Position numbers and translations under genes: made by a program
Source of the DNA: Phaeosaccion multiseriatum
Lineage: Eukaryota; Protista; Ochrophyta, other classes
Assembly: GCA_965112735.1 (NCBI GenBank)
Contig: OZ218958.1
Coordinates: 3,286,001-3,350,000, forward strand
Length of the DNA: 64,000 nucleotides
Reading direction: 5' to 3'
Part shown: positions 61,517 through 64,000 of the stretch, in pieces
Numbering within the stretch: the first letter of the stretch is position 1
Layout: every line of letters starts with the position of its first letter
The notes under the pieces: generated by a model
Databases searched by the model: none
Told to the model about the DNA's origin: nothing
What the model saw: the letters and a program-made list of their open reading frames with translations, nothing else

Positions 61517-63301
61517 ATGAAGGGCACCACGTCGAAGGGAGGTGAAACGAAGGGGGGGGGCGGCGTGATGGAAGAAAGTCATCAAAAGACCGGTGGAGCG
61601 GATGGGGATTTGCCAGAGCGCACCAGTCTCAGCAGCAGCGGGCCGGCGGCATTGAGGATGGTTGCCGGCCGTGTTTCGAACAAGGCTCTGTGGGGCGTAT
61701 GCAAGGAGGTGGACAAGGTAACTTCCCGCGCTTTGGTGATCAACGCCGAGATGCCACAAGCTATCCAGTCACGGGTGCTGAGCATGCTGAAGCAGCAGCA
61801 ACAGCGGGAGCGCGAGGAGACTCAACGCCTTGCTGCGGCTTCCTCCCCTCCTCCCGCCTCCATGAGGGGAAGACATGCCGTGGAAGGGCTTCGAAGGTCG
61901 GGGAGGATTAGGGCGAGGCAGCCGGACCATGGTATGGCGGGCTCCTTTCGCGTCAGGGCGGTGTGCCTCGGCATCCATTTTCCAGGCGCTGACGAGCTGA
62001 CTGCAACTGATGCGGCTCTTGCTCTCAAAGTGTTGGCACTGTTGCCACTGTCGGTCAAGCGTGTGGGTTTTTCGGAGTTCTTCGATGCTTGCGACGCTGT
62101 TGTGCGGAGCGGCGTGGAGGAGGTGGAGTTTCCACCATTGTCGTGGTTCAACAGGCGTATTGGTCTTCCTTCCTCACTGAAGAAGGTCACTTTTGGCCAA
62201 CGCTTCAATCAGGCTGATTTGGTGCTACCAAGCTCTCTGGAGGAGGTGGAGTTTTCATCGAACTCATTGTTCAGCAAGCCAATCGTTCTCCCTTCCTCGC
62301 TGAAGAAGGTCACTTTTGGAAATTCCTTCGATCAGGCTGATTTGGTGCTACCAAGCTCTCTGGAGGAGTTGAAATTTTCATGGAACTCATCGTTCAACGG
62401 GCCAATCGTTCTCCCTTCCTCCCTGAAGAAGGTCACCTTTGGATTCTGCTTCGATCGGGCTGATTTGGTGTTACCAAGCTCTCTGGAGGAGCTGGATTTA
62501 TGGAACTCAAGGCTCAACGGGCCAATCGATCTCCCTTCCTCGCTGAAGAAGGTCACTTTTGGAAGAGCTCCCTTCGATCAGGCTGATTTGGTGCTACCAA
62601 GCTCTTTGGAGGAGCTCAGGTTTGAACAGGACTCATGGTTCAACAGGCCAATCATTCTCCCTTCTTCACTGAAGAAGCTCAGTTTTGGAAAATTCTTCGA
62701 TCAGGCTGATTTGGTGCTACCAAGCTCTCTGGAGGAGCTGGAGTTTTCATTAATGTCACAGTTCAACAGCCCAATCGTTCTCCCTTCCTCGCTGAAGAAG
62801 GTCACTTTTGGAGTTTTCTTCGATCAGGCTGATTTGGTGCTACCAAGCTCTTTGGAGGAGCTGAAGTTTTCAGACCGCTCAAGGTTTAACAGGCCAATCG
62901 ATCTCCCTTCCTCGCTGAAGAAGGTCACTTTTGGATTACACTTCGATCAGGCTGATTTGGTGCTACCAAGCTCTCTGGAGGAGCTGAAGTTTTCAGGCCT
63001 CTCAGTGTTCAACAGGCCAATCGTTCTCCCTTCCTCGCTGAAGAAGGTCACTTTTGGAGGTGGATTCAATCAGCCTGTGGTCCTTCCCAATGGTGTAGAG
63101 GAGGTGGAAATGGGGGCTGACTTTAACCTCCCCCTGGACCTCCCTCCCTCTGTGCAGGCTCTTACACTGAGTCCTGAATCCTCCTGCCCTCTTCCGAGCC
63201 TACCTGCTGGGCTGAAGAAGCTTACGGTGGGGTGGGGGTACCCACTGCCTGCAGACCTCCCCGAGGGGCTTCAGGTACACCGTGATAATTCCCTACCCTA
63301 A
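61517..63301 (+). CDS. FNIP-repeat protein, copy C (7 core units)
   Basis: Start MKGTTSKGG at 61517 is homologous to the starts of copies A and B; 594 aa, intronless. Confidence 0.88.
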   Translation: MKGTTSKGGETKGGGGVMEESHQKTGGADGDLPERTSLSSSGPAALRMVAGRVSNKALWGVCKEVDKVTSRALVINAEMPQAIQSRVLSMLKQQQQREREETQRLAAASSPPPASMRGRHAVEGLRRSGRIRARQPDHGMAGSFRVRAVCLGIHFPGADELTATDAALALKVLALLPLSVKRVGFSEFFDACDAVVRSGVEEVEFPPLSWFNRRIGLPSSLKKVTFGQRFNQADLVLPSSLEEVEFSSNSLFSKPIVLPSSLKKVTFGNSFDQADLVLPSSLEELKFSWNSSFNGPIVLPSSLKKVTFGFCFDRADLVLPSSLEELDLWNSRLNGPIDLPSSLKKVTFGRAPFDQADLVLPSSLEELRFEQDSWFNRPIILPSSLKKLSFGKFFDQADLVLPSSLEELEFSLMSQFNSPIVLPSSLKKVTFGVFFDQADLVLPSSLEELKFSDRSRFNRPIDLPSSLKKVTFGLHFDQADLVLPSSLEELKFSGLSVFNRPIVLPSSLKKVTFGGGFNQPVVLPNGVEEVEMGADFNLPLDLPPSVQALTLSPESSCPLPSLPAGLKKLTVGWGYPLPADLPEGLQVHRDNSLP

Positions 63302-64000
63302 AATACTTTTAAAAAAAAAAATTAAGACATGTCTTTGGTGAATTTGTTTTGATCGTCCTGCTCAACTGCCCCTACTAGAATGGTACCACGTGGGAGCGTC
63401 TACAGTGCTCCAACCAGGAGTGAGGCCTATCCTGACCAGCCACCCTCCGCTCGCCCACCCCTCCCTTCCGCTGCGGTGCGACAGCAAAGTGCCCTCTTGA
63501 ACTGTCTTTTGTTATCATCACTGCCTGCCTGCTCTCAGAGTGTCTGCCTGCAGGCCCAGGCCTCGACTCACCCAGGCCAAGAGAGAGTCCACGAAGGCTG
63601 CCACCGTCTGCCGCTGCCCGACACCTCCCGCTCTCCCGTTTGAGGAAGCTTTGGGGCGGCCACTGGAATGAGCCATCTGCGTCGATGGGTAGGCCTAGCT
63701 AGCTATGGGCCGGCCAGGACGGAAAGACTCAAAAGTGTGTTGGTTGGTGTAGGATCCAAGGAGTGGGAGTCGCAGCGCCACGAGGGGGTTGGGGCTGACA
63801 CCAGGTACAGATATCAGAGTGCAAGCAAGAGAGCCTCCCTCTTTGTCTCCCTCTTTAGTCAGTCCTCACTCAGTCCTCTCTCAGCCGCCCTCGCCGTACG
63901 GCCAGCTGGTGGACACCAGGTACTACAAAGCGCAGACGGCCTCAAGTCAGGCGTCAGTCTGCTTCGCTGTAGGGCCAGCTTGAGTTGCGAGAAGCAGTGG

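Larger units (their letters stand above)
58880..64000. mobile_element. FNIP/ankyrin cassette, copy C (inverted relative to A and B, runs off the window)
   Basis: 63302-64000 is a near-identical reverse complement of 39045-39735, and 59095-59835 matches 42675-43425. Confidence 0.6.

Noticed and set aside
57910-63070. Diversity-generating retroelement as the cause of FNIP variability (NNC/NNG codons)
   Set aside because: No reverse transcriptase or invariant template repeat in the window, and many adenines in the units are invariant. The pattern fits selection plus recombination better.

Overview
Intron-rich, GC-rich eukaryotic nuclear DNA, probably from a photosynthetic stramenopile (ochrophyte). 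This is inferred from a bipartite-looking plastid presequence and from the RCC1 and ankyrin families present. Host genes: a degenerate Hsp70-family gene (partial) head-to-head with eIF2B epsilon, a 5-exon hypothetical gene, a putative plastid membrane protein, tRNA-Gly(CCC), a disrupted coiled-coil gene, and a large RCC1-repeat/Cys-rich membrane protein that appears to use a 2-nt microexon. Two accessory systems stand out. (1) An intronless, divergently transcribed two-gene cassette occurs three times (11.3-14.4 kb, 39-43.6 kb, 58.9-64 kb), with one extra FNIP gene and one FNIP remnant. One partner has an F-box-like motif plus FNIP/LRR-like repeats; the other has a coiled coil, an F-box-like motif and CPW-type ankyrin repeats. 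The 123-bp FNIP units keep a near-invariant framework but are hypervariable at about six codons, unit number varies (3, 4, 7, 7), and the copies are mosaics of one another, so this is a candidate diversifying recognition/ubiquitin-adaptor system. (2) A fragmented locus at 30-33.8 kb carries a serine-recombinase (resolvase/IS607 TnpA)-like domain and three long fold-back palindromes. Exon boundaries and family calls were made by eye with no database searches.
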